From Cytophagales bacterium (GTDB lineage: Bacteria > Bacteroidota > Bacteroidia > Cytophagales > Spirosomataceae), in assembly GCA_038230755.1 (NCBI GenBank), contig JBBRMP010000002.1, forward strand, positions 4,100-68,099: a stretch of DNA of 64,000 bases, written 5' to 3'. Positions 39,245-49,621 of this stretch are shown here, piece by piece. Both the position numbers and the translations under genes were made by a program. The notes under the pieces were generated by a model, which saw only the letters and a list, made by a program, of their open reading frames with translations, was not told where the DNA came from and did no database searches. Position 1 is the first letter of the stretch. Every line of letters begins with the position of its first letter.

Positions 39245-40930
39245 CTACTTCTTCGCCGATGCTTCCTTCGGCATCTGGTACGGAAACTTATCGTTGATGG
39301 GCGCGCCGAAATAGTTAACGTTTAGCTGGTCCAGCCGCTTTTTCTGCACGTCCAGCCGTTTGTTGAAATCAGCCAGATCTTTCCCCCTCAGCGACCAGCC
39401 AATCTCAGCTAGGGCCGATGCACGGGGCCACACCATGTATTCGGCGTACTCGGGCGAGCGAACGTATTCAGTCCAAAGGTTTCCCTGTACACCAACGATA
39501 TGCTTCGCAATGTCGGTGTTCAGCGTGTCGGGTATCGGTTCGTAGCTGTACACCTTCTCCAGCGGCAGATACCCGCCGATGGCAATGGGTACGGTCGGAA
39601 CCGTTTTGGCATCGACCTGATAATGATCCAGGTAGCAGAAGTCATTAGGCGACATGATGGCGTCGTGTCCCTGTTTGGCCGCAGCAATACCGCCCTGCGT
39701 ACCGCGCCAGCTCATCACCGTGGCGTTCGGCGACAGGCCACCCTCCAGAATCTCGTCCCAGCCAATCATCTTGCGGCCCTTGCTGGTGATAAATTTGTCC
39801 ATCCGCTGGATGAAATAACTCTGCAACTCATGCTCGTCTTTCAGGCCCTCTTTCTTCATTAACTCCTGACAAAAACGGCTGTGTTCCCACTCCGTTTTCG
39901 GGCACTCGTCGCCCCCGATGTGAATATACTGGCTGGGGAACAGACCCATTACTTCGGTTAGTACGTCCTGCAAAAAGGTAAAGGTTTCTTCGCGGGGGAA
40001 CAGCACCTGGTCAAAAACGCCCCATTTGGTGCCTACCGGTACAATTTTGTCGGCGCTGGCACCTAACTGCGGATACCCTGCCAGAATGCTTCGCGCATGA
40101 CCCGGCATCTCGATTTCGGGAATGACCGTAACAAACCGCTCCTGCGCGTATTTCACCACCTCGCGCACCTCGTCCTGCGTGTAGAACCCACCGTAGGGGG
40201 TACCGTCGTACTTGTTATCGCCGTAGCGGCCCGCCATTGTCTGTTTGCGCTGGGAGCCAAGCTGGGTCAGCAGGGGGTATTTTTTGATTTCGATGCGCCA
40301 GCCCTGGTCGTCGGTCAGGTGCCAGTGGAGGGTGTTCTGCTTGTGCAGGGCCAGCAGGTCGATGTACTTCTTGACGAACGAAACCGGCATAAAATGACGG
40401 GCTACGTCCAGCATCAGGCCCCGGTAGCCAAAACGAGGCTCGTCTTCCACCGTACAGGCGGGTACCGACCAGCTTACGTTTGACACCTTCGTGGGGCTGA
40501 AAATCTCCGTCGGCATGAGTTGCAGCAGCGACTGCATCCCGTAGAAAGCGCCGTTGGGCTGGCTGGCCATGATGGTAATTTGCCGGGGTGTAACGGTCAG
40601 GCTGTAGCCCTCTTTACCGCCCTTTCCGGTTTTGTCCGACGTGAAATAGATGCTCTGATTGCTTGCGTTCCCCACCCGAATGGCCGGGCGATTTCCCGTA
40701 GCCGTACCAATCCGGTCGGCGAGCTGGGTGGCAATCCGGCGCATATCGGCGTTATCTTTTTCCAGCACGATGGCTACTCCATTGGTCAGCGCAAAGGCTC
40801 CTTTCTGCTCCACCAGTTTGGCTGGTTTAGGCATAATGGCGTAGGTAGCCGACTGCGAATGGGCCAGGGGCGCACTCAGCAGTAACAGGCAGAGCGTTAA
40901 TCGTATACTTTTGATAATCAGCGTTTTCAT
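39245..40930 (-). CDS. GH20 beta-N-acetylhexosaminidase
   Basis: RGLMLDVARH, WHLTDDQGWR, HIGGDE, WTEY. Confidence 0.95.
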   Translation of the reverse strand: MKTLIIKSIRLTLCLLLLSAPLAHSQSATYAIMPKPAKLVEQKGAFALTNGVAIVLEKDNADMRRIATQLADRIGTATGNRPAIRVGNASNQSIYFTSDKTGKGGKEGYSLTVTPRQITIMASQPNGAFYGMQSLLQLMPTEIFSPTKVSNVSWSVPACTVEDEPRFGYRGLMLDVARHFMPVSFVKKYIDLLALHKQNTLHWHLTDDQGWRIEIKKYPLLTQLGSQRKQTMAGRYGDNKYDGTPYGGFYTQDEVREVVKYAQERFVTVIPEIEMPGHARSILAGYPQLGASADKIVPVGTKWGVFDQVLFPREETFTFLQDVLTEVMGLFPSQYIHIGGDECPKTEWEHSRFCQELMKKEGLKDEHELQSYFIQRMDKFITSKGRKMIGWDEILEGGLSPNATVMSWRGTQGGIAAAKQGHDAIMSPNDFCYLDHYQVDAKTVPTVPIAIGGYLPLEKVYSYEPIPDTLNTDIAKHIVGVQGNLWTEYVRSPEYAEYMVWPRASALAEIGWSLRGKDLADFNKRLDVQKKRLDQLNVNYFGAPINDKFPYQMPKEASAKK

Positions 40931-40980
40931 GTATTACTGGTTTTGTTGAATTGATTCTACTTATTGGGTTGTTAATGAGC

Positions 40981-42960
40981 CTATCTGCGTTTATCAGGAG
41001 AGAAAATCAATCCATCCGCAGCTTCGTAATTCAGGCCGTTGGGCCGGACAGGGACAAAGGTGAACAGCCACTTCACCAGGCGGTAGTCGGGCGTTTGAAA
41101 AGCGCCTACGGGCAGTTTTATAAGCACTTTATTCCAGCCTTTTTTTAGCGTAACGGGCAGGGGTGGGCGGTTTTCATACGGCTCGTTGGTGTAAACCGCT
41201 TCATTATTTGCCGGATGCTGTCCTGGTGTTTCCCAGACGGGCGGCTGAATTTCCTGATCGTTCACCCAGAGCTTACTGCCCTTATACCCCCACTGCCCGG
41301 CTGGTGGTGAGGCATCTTTTTCGGACCGGCCGTAGTTATGAAACCCCACCCAGGCCCCCACAGTCTGCGGTTTCGGCGAATAGACGAAGGTATACACGTA
41401 GGCCGTGTGGTTCGGGGTTGGCTTGTCAATGTAGCCCCGCACAATGGCCGGTCCCCAGGTGTGGCGCAGATAGAGGGTGGCTCCCGTGGCGTCCAGGCCG
41501 GGGTAATCGAATTTGCCATCCTCAGGAGGAAAACGGGCCGTCAGGTCACCCCCGTTCGGGAAGGGTTGCAGGATACGCCAGTATAGGTTCTGCTGCCGCA
41601 CGTAGGGAAATATCAGGTTGGTAAAGTGCTGTTTCTTGTGGGCCAGCAGCCGGTCCTCAAACTCGGCGAACGCGACTTTGTCGATCAGTACCGGCCCGGC
41701 TTTAGTTAGGGGCTGACCGCCCCCGCACCAGGCCCGCTCGGCCAGGGTGAGCATGTTTGGGTAGAAACCGTTGAGTCGCTCAATCTGGTCTACATCGGCC
41801 AGTTTTCGGTCGTTCCAGATGCAACCAATGGCTCCCAGCCGTTCTGACGAACCGCTCGTGGTATCGCACAGATCGCGCTGAAACACGCTGATGAGGTCGG
41901 CCTGCGTGCTGAAATGGTTAAAGTACAAATCGCGCGAGTCGATCACTGGTTGACCGGGTCTGGGCTTTATCGTTCCCATCCACATTTGTCGGATTACCGA
42001 CTGGTCGAGCCGCGCACCGGGTATCCAGCCAATCACGGCCTTGCCGCATTCCCGCACCACGGCTGCCATTTCGGGCACGAACGAGGCATCGTTGAACGCC
42101 ACCTCGTCGGTGCCGATGTGGATGTACGGTACGTCGAACAGGGCGCAAACTTCGCGCAGGAGTTTCTTTACCAGCACCTTACCGGAATCGCTCTGCATGT
42201 CGTGGCCGGTGGCCCGCCGGAAGGTCGCGCTGTGGCCCGGCATGTCGATTTCGGGAATGAGCAGCACCTGATGAGCCTGGCAGAAATCGGCTATTTCGCG
42301 GGCCTGCTGCTTCGTGTAAACCTTTCCCGGAAACCGCTTCGTCACCGATGGGTCGGTGAGGTTGGGGATGCTGTCGCTCTGGAGCCGCCACGCCAGATCT
42401 TCGGTCAGGTGCCAGTGGAAGGTGTTTATTTTGTAGCGCGCCAACACGGCGATGTGCTGCTTCAGCCGCCCCACCGGAATAAAACTCCGCCCCACATCGT
42501 GCATGAAGCCCCGAATGGCAAAAGCCGGGTAATCCGAAATAGTACAGCCTGCCAGTACCGGTTGGGGTTTGTCCTGATGCAATTGCCGCAACGTCTGGTA
42601 ACCCCAGAACAACCCCCGCACCGTAGCCGCCCGGAGTTGAACCGACTTGCCCGTAACCGTCAGCGCATAACCTTCGGGCTGCTGGCGGAACGCGCCATTC
42701 GGCTCAAGAAGTAGGTCAATTTCTTTGGCTGTACCCGATGCGTTCTGCGACATCGTGGCCCGGCTGACCTGTTGGATGAACTGAGCAATAGAATCGGCCA
42801 CGGGCTTTGCGTCGGCACTGTTTGTATGAAGCTGAATGCTCCCCGACAAGGCGAAGGCTTGCGTTGTCCACGTCAGTTCGCGGGGTAGGGGCAGCAGAGC
42901 CGGATGCTGGGCGCGTCCGGTCAGGGTGAGCAGTAGCAGAAAAAGCATGATTCTGGTCAT
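40981..42960 (-). CDS. GH20 beta-N-acetylhexosaminidase with C-terminal beta domain
   Basis: RGFMHDVGR, WHLTE, EIDMPGH, HIGTDE. Confidence 0.9.
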   Translation of the reverse strand: MTRIMLFLLLLTLTGRAQHPALLPLPRELTWTTQAFALSGSIQLHTNSADAKPVADSIAQFIQQVSRATMSQNASGTAKEIDLLLEPNGAFRQQPEGYALTVTGKSVQLRAATVRGLFWGYQTLRQLHQDKPQPVLAGCTISDYPAFAIRGFMHDVGRSFIPVGRLKQHIAVLARYKINTFHWHLTEDLAWRLQSDSIPNLTDPSVTKRFPGKVYTKQQAREIADFCQAHQVLLIPEIDMPGHSATFRRATGHDMQSDSGKVLVKKLLREVCALFDVPYIHIGTDEVAFNDASFVPEMAAVVRECGKAVIGWIPGARLDQSVIRQMWMGTIKPRPGQPVIDSRDLYFNHFSTQADLISVFQRDLCDTTSGSSERLGAIGCIWNDRKLADVDQIERLNGFYPNMLTLAERAWCGGGQPLTKAGPVLIDKVAFAEFEDRLLAHKKQHFTNLIFPYVRQQNLYWRILQPFPNGGDLTARFPPEDGKFDYPGLDATGATLYLRHTWGPAIVRGYIDKPTPNHTAYVYTFVYSPKPQTVGAWVGFHNYGRSEKDASPPAGQWGYKGSKLWVNDQEIQPPVWETPGQHPANNEAVYTNEPYENRPPLPVTLKKGWNKVLIKLPVGAFQTPDYRLVKWLFTFVPVRPNGLNYEAADGLIFSPDKRR

Positions 42961-44570
42961 GGCAGTAGCATACGTAAGGTAGACAGCGGCAGCCCCGCGC
43001 TGTTGACGACGTTGGCCGTGCTGAACGGTTGCCAGCCATAATACAGGTACGTCCCGGCGGTTTGGCCTTCCCGTTTCAACTCAATAATCGGCCCGTTTGC
43101 CGTAGCCGTGAGGTCGGTTTTTGGGCCGGTTTCGTCACCCAGTGCAAAGCCGCGCAGGGGTTGCCCTTCGCCCGTTTTTAGGCCGGTTCCGGGGTTGGTG
43201 AACGTGATTGTCCAGCCGGTTTTCGTCTTCTTTATCCGCCGAATTTCCGGCGACAAGGGTTTCGGTTTGCGGTAAGTTTTGGCCAGAACTTCCCGCGCCA
43301 GCCGTTCGCCCACCGTTTTTTTATCCGTCGGATGTACGTCCCAAGGGTGACCAACGTCGCTCGTTACGGCCATACCCACGTATTTTAGGCTGTCAGCCAT
43401 GCGTCGCTGACTGTCGCGAAACAGCGGCCAATATTCCGATTTATAACCCCGTTCGGTACCGATAGACGATAGCTGGCAGATGTAAACCGGTAATTCAGGC
43501 CGTTGCCAGTCCGCCCGCCAGGTGGCAATCATCTGCGGAAAGAGTTGTTCGTGCTGACGTACCCGCGCCAGACTCAGCGCATTGCTTTCGCCCTGATACC
43601 ACAAAACGCCGACGATACCCAACGACAGAAAAGGCTGGATGCCCGCTTCATACAGAAAGCCGGGTTTAAACGGGTGTTTATACCCTAGCGAATCGCTCGG
43701 TATAGGGTAACCAGCCAGCAGCAGCGAATCCAGATTCTCGTGACCGCGCTGAATACACCAGGGTTCCAGCGCCGGATTGGTCAGCCAGTCACCGGCAAAA
43801 ACAGCATCGACTGAGGCGTTCTTCGCTGATGGGTCCGGGCGACTCCACGCGGGGCGACTCCACGCCGGGTGCGTCCAGGCTTCGGCGGGTGAACCGCCTA
43901 CGGCCACGTTGATAAGCCCAACCGGCACACCCGTTTCCTGCTGTATCATCTGCCCCGCGTAAAACCCCACCGCCGAAAACAGTCGCGTCGATGCGGAATC
44001 GGCTATTTGCCAGCGGGCAGGGCGATAAAACCGGTCGGGTTGCAGGTGGGGTAGTTCGGCGGGTTTGTAGGCCGGGCTATAGGTCGTCAGGGCCGGAATG
44101 TAGTTCAACAGCCGGAGTAATGGGTTGTGGAGACCGATCAGCGTCTGCCGGGCAAAGCGGTCATTCGCCAGCGGAAATGCCATGTTCGACTGCCCCGCGC
44201 ACAGCCACACATCGCCCACCAGTACGTCCCGCAAAACGATACGTTCCTGGTCGCTTTCCAGCTGAATCGAATCAGGCATAGTGGAAGCCGGGCGGGCGGC
44301 AAATATCAGCGACCAGCCCGAATCAGGCCGGACGGTGGCGATCTGTTGCTCACGGCCAAACGCAGCCCGCACCACAGCGCCGGGCAGGCCGCGTCCCCAG
44401 ATTCTGATGGACTGATTTCGCTGCACCACCATACCCGATTGCCAAACATCGGCCAGCGCAAGTTGCGGCTCATGCTGCGGCAGTTGGTGCTGCGCCAGGG
44501 CCAGGCTAAACAACAGCCAGCCCATCAACAGGCCGATTGGCCAGCAGCGGTATGGCTGTTTATTGCTCAT
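42957..44570 (-). CDS. Sialate O-acetylesterase (SASA domain)
   Basis: GDVWLCAGQSNM, WYQGESNA, DVHPTDK. Confidence 0.92.
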   Translation of the reverse strand: MSNKQPYRCWPIGLLMGWLLFSLALAQHQLPQHEPQLALADVWQSGMVVQRNQSIRIWGRGLPGAVVRAAFGREQQIATVRPDSGWSLIFAARPASTMPDSIQLESDQERIVLRDVLVGDVWLCAGQSNMAFPLANDRFARQTLIGLHNPLLRLLNYIPALTTYSPAYKPAELPHLQPDRFYRPARWQIADSASTRLFSAVGFYAGQMIQQETGVPVGLINVAVGGSPAEAWTHPAWSRPAWSRPDPSAKNASVDAVFAGDWLTNPALEPWCIQRGHENLDSLLLAGYPIPSDSLGYKHPFKPGFLYEAGIQPFLSLGIVGVLWYQGESNALSLARVRQHEQLFPQMIATWRADWQRPELPVYICQLSSIGTERGYKSEYWPLFRDSQRRMADSLKYVGMAVTSDVGHPWDVHPTDKKTVGERLAREVLAKTYRKPKPLSPEIRRIKKTKTGWTITFTNPGTGLKTGEGQPLRGFALGDETGPKTDLTATANGPIIELKREGQTAGTYLYYGWQPFSTANVVNSAGLPLSTLRMLLP

Positions 44571-45849
44571 TGACGGTTGACAGTTCAGTTTCGTGGCCGA
44601 CGATGAAATCCGCGACGTTGGGTTTGAGAAAGGCCAGTTGAACGACGAGAGCCACCACTACAATACCCGCCAGCAGGGCAAAGTTGCTTCCCAGTTGCCC
44701 GTTGTCCATCGACTTTCCCAGCCAGTTGGTCACGAACGCACCCGCAAATACGCCGGTCATGTTCATCAGTCCGTAGGCCGTGGCCCGGCTGCGGGCCGGT
44801 ACAAACTGACAGAGAATGGGCATATTGTTGGCGTCGAACATGCCGTACCCAAAGCCAAAACACAGCGCCGCCCCAATCACACTCAGCAGCGAATCGCCGA
44901 AGCCGATCAGCAGCAGTGACGGGATGGTGAGCGACAGGCCAATGGCACTGGTGTAAATCCGGCCCCGTACATTGGTCTGCACCCAACGGTCAGACAGGAG
45001 GCCCCCGACGATGACCCCCACCAAGGAGGAAGCCGCAATGCTGATGGTGGACAGCGGCCCCGCCCTGGCCATATCGATGTGGAGGTTGGTGGCAAAGAGC
45101 GTAGGCAGCCAGTTTTTGGTGGCCCAGCCGGGCAAACTGGGAATGGCATAGTAGAGGAGAATAATCCAGAACGACATGTTGCCCAGCAATAGCCGCATTC
45201 CGTTGAACAACGCGGCCTTCTGAGGTAGTACGACTTGATTTGATGGGGCTTTCGCTACGGTTTGCCGATTCACTTCCCGTAGAAAAATGCCCAGCACTAC
45301 AGCATACACAATGCCGACAATGCCAAACCAATGGAAAGCCCGGTTCCAGGAATAGGCATCGGCCAGGGTGGCCCCAAACCCGCCCAACGCCTGCCCCATG
45401 TAGAGACCAGTCATATGGATGCCAATGGCTAACGAACGGGTTTTTGACGAGTGAAAATCGGCAATCAGGGCCAGCCCCGCCGGAATGTACAGGGCTTCGC
45501 TGATGCCCATAATGGCCCGCAAGACGTACAATTGATCGAACGTGGTAGCGTAGCCCATCGCATACGTGACCCCCGACCAGACGAACAGGCTACCCACAAT
45601 CAGCCACTTCCGATTGAGCCGATCTGCTACTAAACCCGATATTGGACTCATCAGGCCGTAAATCCACAGAAAGATGGCCATTAACCGGCCAAAGTTGGTG
45701 GCCGACTGTAATTCGACAATGTCTACCTGCATGGAGGGCCGCATGGTGGCCAGCATCTGCCGGTCCAGGTAGTTGAGCATCGCCACTACCCACAGCAGCC
45801 CAACCACCACCCAGGGGTATAGTCGGTTGTATGTCGTTTGCCTGTTCAT
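44560..45849 (-). CDS. nanT: MFS transporter, sialic acid permease by context
   Basis: LNYLDRQ, ADRLNRK, about 12 TM; lies in the nan operon. Confidence 0.8.
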   Translation of the reverse strand: MNRQTTYNRLYPWVVVGLLWVVAMLNYLDRQMLATMRPSMQVDIVELQSATNFGRLMAIFLWIYGLMSPISGLVADRLNRKWLIVGSLFVWSGVTYAMGYATTFDQLYVLRAIMGISEALYIPAGLALIADFHSSKTRSLAIGIHMTGLYMGQALGGFGATLADAYSWNRAFHWFGIVGIVYAVVLGIFLREVNRQTVAKAPSNQVVLPQKAALFNGMRLLLGNMSFWIILLYYAIPSLPGWATKNWLPTLFATNLHIDMARAGPLSTISIAASSLVGVIVGGLLSDRWVQTNVRGRIYTSAIGLSLTIPSLLLIGFGDSLLSVIGAALCFGFGYGMFDANNMPILCQFVPARSRATAYGLMNMTGVFAGAFVTNWLGKSMDNGQLGSNFALLAGIVVVALVVQLAFLKPNVADFIVGHETELSTVNEQ

Positions 45850-45856
45850 GCGCGGT

Positions 45857-47005
45857 TCAGGGTTTAGTAACATCAATCTGCCAGATGGCGGGGGTGCGAA
45901 TACCCGGTGCAACCTCGCCTGATGGTAAAATCAGGTAGTTGTCCCAGCGCACTACGGTGGTGGTTACCGGCGTGGGAAAGGGCAGCGTATCGGCCACCGA
46001 CCATGTTTGAGTATCGGTTTTGAACTGCCATACCTCACGACGAAAGCCGGGGTGGTCGGATTGCAAGACGTTCCGTTTTTGGATCAGTTTTGCTTTTTCG
46101 TCGCTGTCAGATAGTGTAGTTAATTGCCGGTTTACCTGCTCAATTTCACCCAGCCGGATGCCGTCGTCACCCCCCCAAATCAGGAGTGCATTTGAACCAG
46201 CGGCTGCGGCTTCGTGGGCGGCTACGGGCGTGGGTAAGTCAGGTAGCGACGACCAGCTATTTTGTTTTGGCTGGTAGACATACCCATCGCTGAATACGGT
46301 CGTTTTTCCAGCAATGGTTTCCCGTCCGCCCAGCACGTACAGGGCATTCTGCTGCGCTACCAGTGCCGTAAAGGCCCGCGCCGGGCCAGGCAAGTCAGCC
46401 CGTTTTTGCCAGCCCGTGGCCGGGTTTTTCAACGTCAGGGCGTACAGACTTTTTTCCGTCCCCCGGTCAGATTCGCCCCCGAACACGTAGAGCACATCGT
46501 CCAAAACAGCCGCTGAGTGATTGGCCAGTGGCAGTGGTAATTTTGGCAATAGTCCGGTTACGATTCGGTTCGTGCGGGCATTCCAGCGCAGCGTAAATAC
46601 GTCGGCGTAACGGCCCTGGGCATCGTTGCCCCCGATGCCGATAAGCTGCCCGTTCCATACCGCCGACGCGCCGTAGCCGAGCGGTTTTGGTAGTTCTCCG
46701 GCGGTTTGCCAGTGGTAATCAGTCCCCTTTTTGGTCAGCACATACACCGCATCGTGCCAGACTTTCAGGCCGTTTTGCCACGGGTAGCCATTCGGAAAAT
46801 TAGCGCCACCCGCCACGAGCAACGCACCGTTGCTAACCCCCGCAAATGCCCCCGCCACCCCCGGATTCGGTTTTCCCTGTTGCCGGGGAAGATCGGGAAG
46901 GCGGTGGTATCGGAAGCGCGTTGTGTTTGCGTTTGGCTGAGCCACGGCCAGATGAATGCTAAGAAATGCGGTAAGACCAAGTAGAACAGGAAGCGTGTTT
47001 ATCAT
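45857..47005 (-). CDS. nanM: Kelch-repeat Neu5Ac mutarotase-like protein
   Basis: Signal peptide, GGANFP, repeated GG/W Kelch blades, GEVAPGIRTP. Confidence 0.8.
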   Translation of the reverse strand: MINTLPVLLGLTAFLSIHLAVAQPNANTTRFRYHRLPDLPRQQGKPNPGVAGAFAGVSNGALLVAGGANFPNGYPWQNGLKVWHDAVYVLTKKGTDYHWQTAGELPKPLGYGASAVWNGQLIGIGGNDAQGRYADVFTLRWNARTNRIVTGLLPKLPLPLANHSAAVLDDVLYVFGGESDRGTEKSLYALTLKNPATGWQKRADLPGPARAFTALVAQQNALYVLGGRETIAGKTTVFSDGYVYQPKQNSWSSLPDLPTPVAAHEAAAAGSNALLIWGGDDGIRLGEIEQVNRQLTTLSDSDEKAKLIQKRNVLQSDHPGFRREVWQFKTDTQTWSVADTLPFPTPVTTTVVRWDNYLILPSGEVAPGIRTPAIWQIDVTKP

Positions 47006-47060
47006 AACCAGTTGGGTTATCGACACCCCCAGGGATGATCGATATCGTGTTGGGTACGTA

Positions 47061-47993
47061 TCAGGCTGAAACGGGCATTCGTGAGGCCTGCGCGTGGAAA
47101 TTGATTGCCTCCAGATCGGCCAGAAAATCCTGGTACTGCGCCTCGGTCATGTTGGCCACGGGAAGCCGGAATTTTCCGCACTCCAGCCCCACGGCCCGCA
47201 TATACGCTTTACCTACCGAAATGCCGCCGTACTTACCCAGTAGTTTCACAATGGCAATAGACTGGTCCTGCATGGCCCGCGCCCGGTCGAGGTTGCCCGC
47301 GTCGAAAGCGGCCATCAGCTCCTGATACACCGGAGCCGCGTAGTTGAACGTGCTACCCACCGCACCCCGCGCACCCATCGCCATCGCGGCCAGAAAGATT
47401 TCGTCCCAACCCCAGAGGATGTCGTATTTCCCGTCGGCAAAGAGCAAACAACGGCGGTAGTCCATCAAATCGTTGTGGGTGTATTTGATGCCCCGGAAGT
47501 TCGGCAACCGCCCGTCGATGACCGTCAGAAAATCAATCATCGACAGGTTGGCCCCCGTAAGGGCCGGGATGTGGTAGAAGTACAGGCCGAGGTCAGGAAC
47601 GGCTTCGCCGATACCGATGCAGAACTGCGCCATTAACTCCACACTGGCCGGTTTGAAATAATACGGAGCCAGTACCGCCACCGCGTCGAACCCGCACCGA
47701 TCAGCTTCTTTAGCCAGCAGGATACTTTCGGCTTGCGAGGTACCGCCCACCAGCATGATTTTTTGCAGAGTTGGCTCATCTGTTTCGCCCCAAGCTTGTA
47801 TCAGCGCTATTTTTTCGGGGAACGACAGCGATACCCCCTCGCCGGTGGAGCCGCCGATGAACGCACCTTTCACACCGTTCTGGGCCAGAAACCGGGCGTA
47901 TTCGGGAATCAGGCCGAGGTTTAGTTCGCCATTCTCATGCATGGGCGTGAATGGCGCCGCTACTAACCCTTCAATTTTTTGAATCTGTGTCAT
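47061..47993 (-). CDS. nanA: N-acetylneuraminate lyase
   Basis: DHDPS family GSTGE, YHIP, GIKYT Schiff-base Lys, GSTFN; nan context. Confidence 0.9.
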   Translation of the reverse strand: MTQIQKIEGLVAAPFTPMHENGELNLGLIPEYARFLAQNGVKGAFIGGSTGEGVSLSFPEKIALIQAWGETDEPTLQKIMLVGGTSQAESILLAKEADRCGFDAVAVLAPYYFKPASVELMAQFCIGIGEAVPDLGLYFYHIPALTGANLSMIDFLTVIDGRLPNFRGIKYTHNDLMDYRRCLLFADGKYDILWGWDEIFLAAMAMGARGAVGSTFNYAAPVYQELMAAFDAGNLDRARAMQDQSIAIVKLLGKYGGISVGKAYMRAVGLECGKFRLPVANMTEAQYQDFLADLEAINFHAQASRMPVSA

Positions 47994-48014
47994 TTGTATG
48001 TGTGTTGAAAAAAG

Positions 48015-48042
48015 TTTCTCCGGGCGAAAGTCACCGGAGAAA
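48015..48042. terminator. Stem-loop between susD and nanA
   Basis: tttctccgg...ccggagaaa. Confidence 0.55.
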
Positions 48043-48084
48043 ACCTGATTACTAACCTATGAAAGAAAACCGAATGCCTATGGA

Positions 48085-49608
48085 TTAGTACCCTGGCGTT
48101 TGACTGAGTTTGGGGTCGGTGTTGAGCATAGTTACCGAAATGGGCAACAGTAGCTTGTAGGTTTGATTAGCGGCGAGGTATTTGGGGTTGACAGCCGAAA
48201 AAACGTAGGCATTGCCGGCCCGGCGCAGCGCATACCAGCGCTTGCCTTCCGCAATAAATTCGCGGAGGTACTCATCCAGAATGGCATTCATGTTGGCTTC
48301 CTGACTGCCAGCCGCGTAGCGCGTAAAGCCCGTACCGTAGGCCCGCTGCCGAATGGCGTTGATATCGGCTGATGGGTCATTGCCCAGTTTGGTGTTGGCT
48401 TCGGCCAGGAGCAATACTACGTCAGCGTAGCGGTAGACGGGAAAATCGTTGTCGTATAACTGAATCCCCGCATCCACGCGGCCAATAAATTTGGTTAGCA
48501 TAACCCCGGCAATAGAGAAACCCGCCGCGTTGCGGTACATGACCCGGAATGAGTTTTTGATCCGTGTATCGGCGGGGTCACTCATGAGCCGCTTAATCAT
48601 GGCATCCGACATACCCACCCGGCTGGCACCCGCCACAAACGGATAGGCGGCGTTCACGGCCACGCCCGGCCCCGGAACGGGGTCAAACACCAGCGTGCCC
48701 GCCTGCGTGGTATTCACCAGAAAACTGCCGTAGGCCCCCTGGGTAGCTTCATTTTTCTCGAAGCTGAGCGCAAAAATCAGCTCGCGGTTAGTTGCTTCTT
48801 TGGTGGGGTCGAATACGTCGGCGTAGTTGGGCAGCAGCCCCAGCGTTGGCAGGGCTTTTACTTCTTCCAGTGCGGTTTTGGCGGTTGTAAAGTCGGCACT
48901 GCCCCCGCCCAGGTGCGTACCCGACCAGATGAACACGTCGCCTTTGAGCGTCAGCGTAGCGGCCCGGTTCCAGTACACCCGTTTGGTAGCGAAGGTGGTG
49001 CTGCCACCAAACAAGGTCAGCGACTGCTCAAGGTCGCTCTTGATCAGTTTCATCACCTCTTCTGGCGTAGCGCGGGTCGTGTACAAATCGGTCAGGTTAT
49101 CAATGGTCGTAATGGGTTCGGTGCGGAGGGGTACGCCACCCCAGGTACGTAGCATAGTATAATAAATGAACGCCCGCAGACCGTACATTTCGGCCAGATA
49201 CGTTTTGCGTTTGGCCTCGTCTAAGGGCGCGTTCGGAAAGAGTTTGATCACCGTGTTTACCCGATCGAGGAGGGCATAGAAGTTGCCCCAGTTGTCGGCA
49301 GGTACGTTGGTCGCGCTGATATTATGCGACCAGTACTGTTTCAGCCCACCATCTTCCGATTCAGTAAACAGCCCGTCGGCCCACAGGTCGGAACGCATCT
49401 CACCCAGATTGACCAGTGTGCTTTGGTAATTCCGCAGCGAGGCGTACACGCCCGTGTAGAGCGTGAGGGCTGCGCCAGGGTCTGCCAGCACCAATGTCTG
49501 GTTGAGGGTAGTCTGCGGCACCACTTCGCGAAGTTTATCCTGGCAGGAAAACAGGCCAGCAGTGCAGATCAGGCTACTGGCAAGGAGAATTTTTTTGTAG
49601 ATCGTCAT
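48085..49608 (-). CDS. SusD-family lipoprotein (NanU-like)
   Basis: Lipobox FSC, WGGVP, YRYADVVLLLAEA, EGKRW, QTPGY. Confidence 0.9.
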   Translation of the reverse strand: MTIYKKILLASSLICTAGLFSCQDKLREVVPQTTLNQTLVLADPGAALTLYTGVYASLRNYQSTLVNLGEMRSDLWADGLFTESEDGGLKQYWSHNISATNVPADNWGNFYALLDRVNTVIKLFPNAPLDEAKRKTYLAEMYGLRAFIYYTMLRTWGGVPLRTEPITTIDNLTDLYTTRATPEEVMKLIKSDLEQSLTLFGGSTTFATKRVYWNRAATLTLKGDVFIWSGTHLGGGSADFTTAKTALEEVKALPTLGLLPNYADVFDPTKEATNRELIFALSFEKNEATQGAYGSFLVNTTQAGTLVFDPVPGPGVAVNAAYPFVAGASRVGMSDAMIKRLMSDPADTRIKNSFRVMYRNAAGFSIAGVMLTKFIGRVDAGIQLYDNDFPVYRYADVVLLLAEANTKLGNDPSADINAIRQRAYGTGFTRYAAGSQEANMNAILDEYLREFIAEGKRWYALRRAGNAYVFSAVNPKYLAANQTYKLLLPISVTMLNTDPKLSQTPGY

Positions 49609-49621
49609 GTATTTGTTGCCT

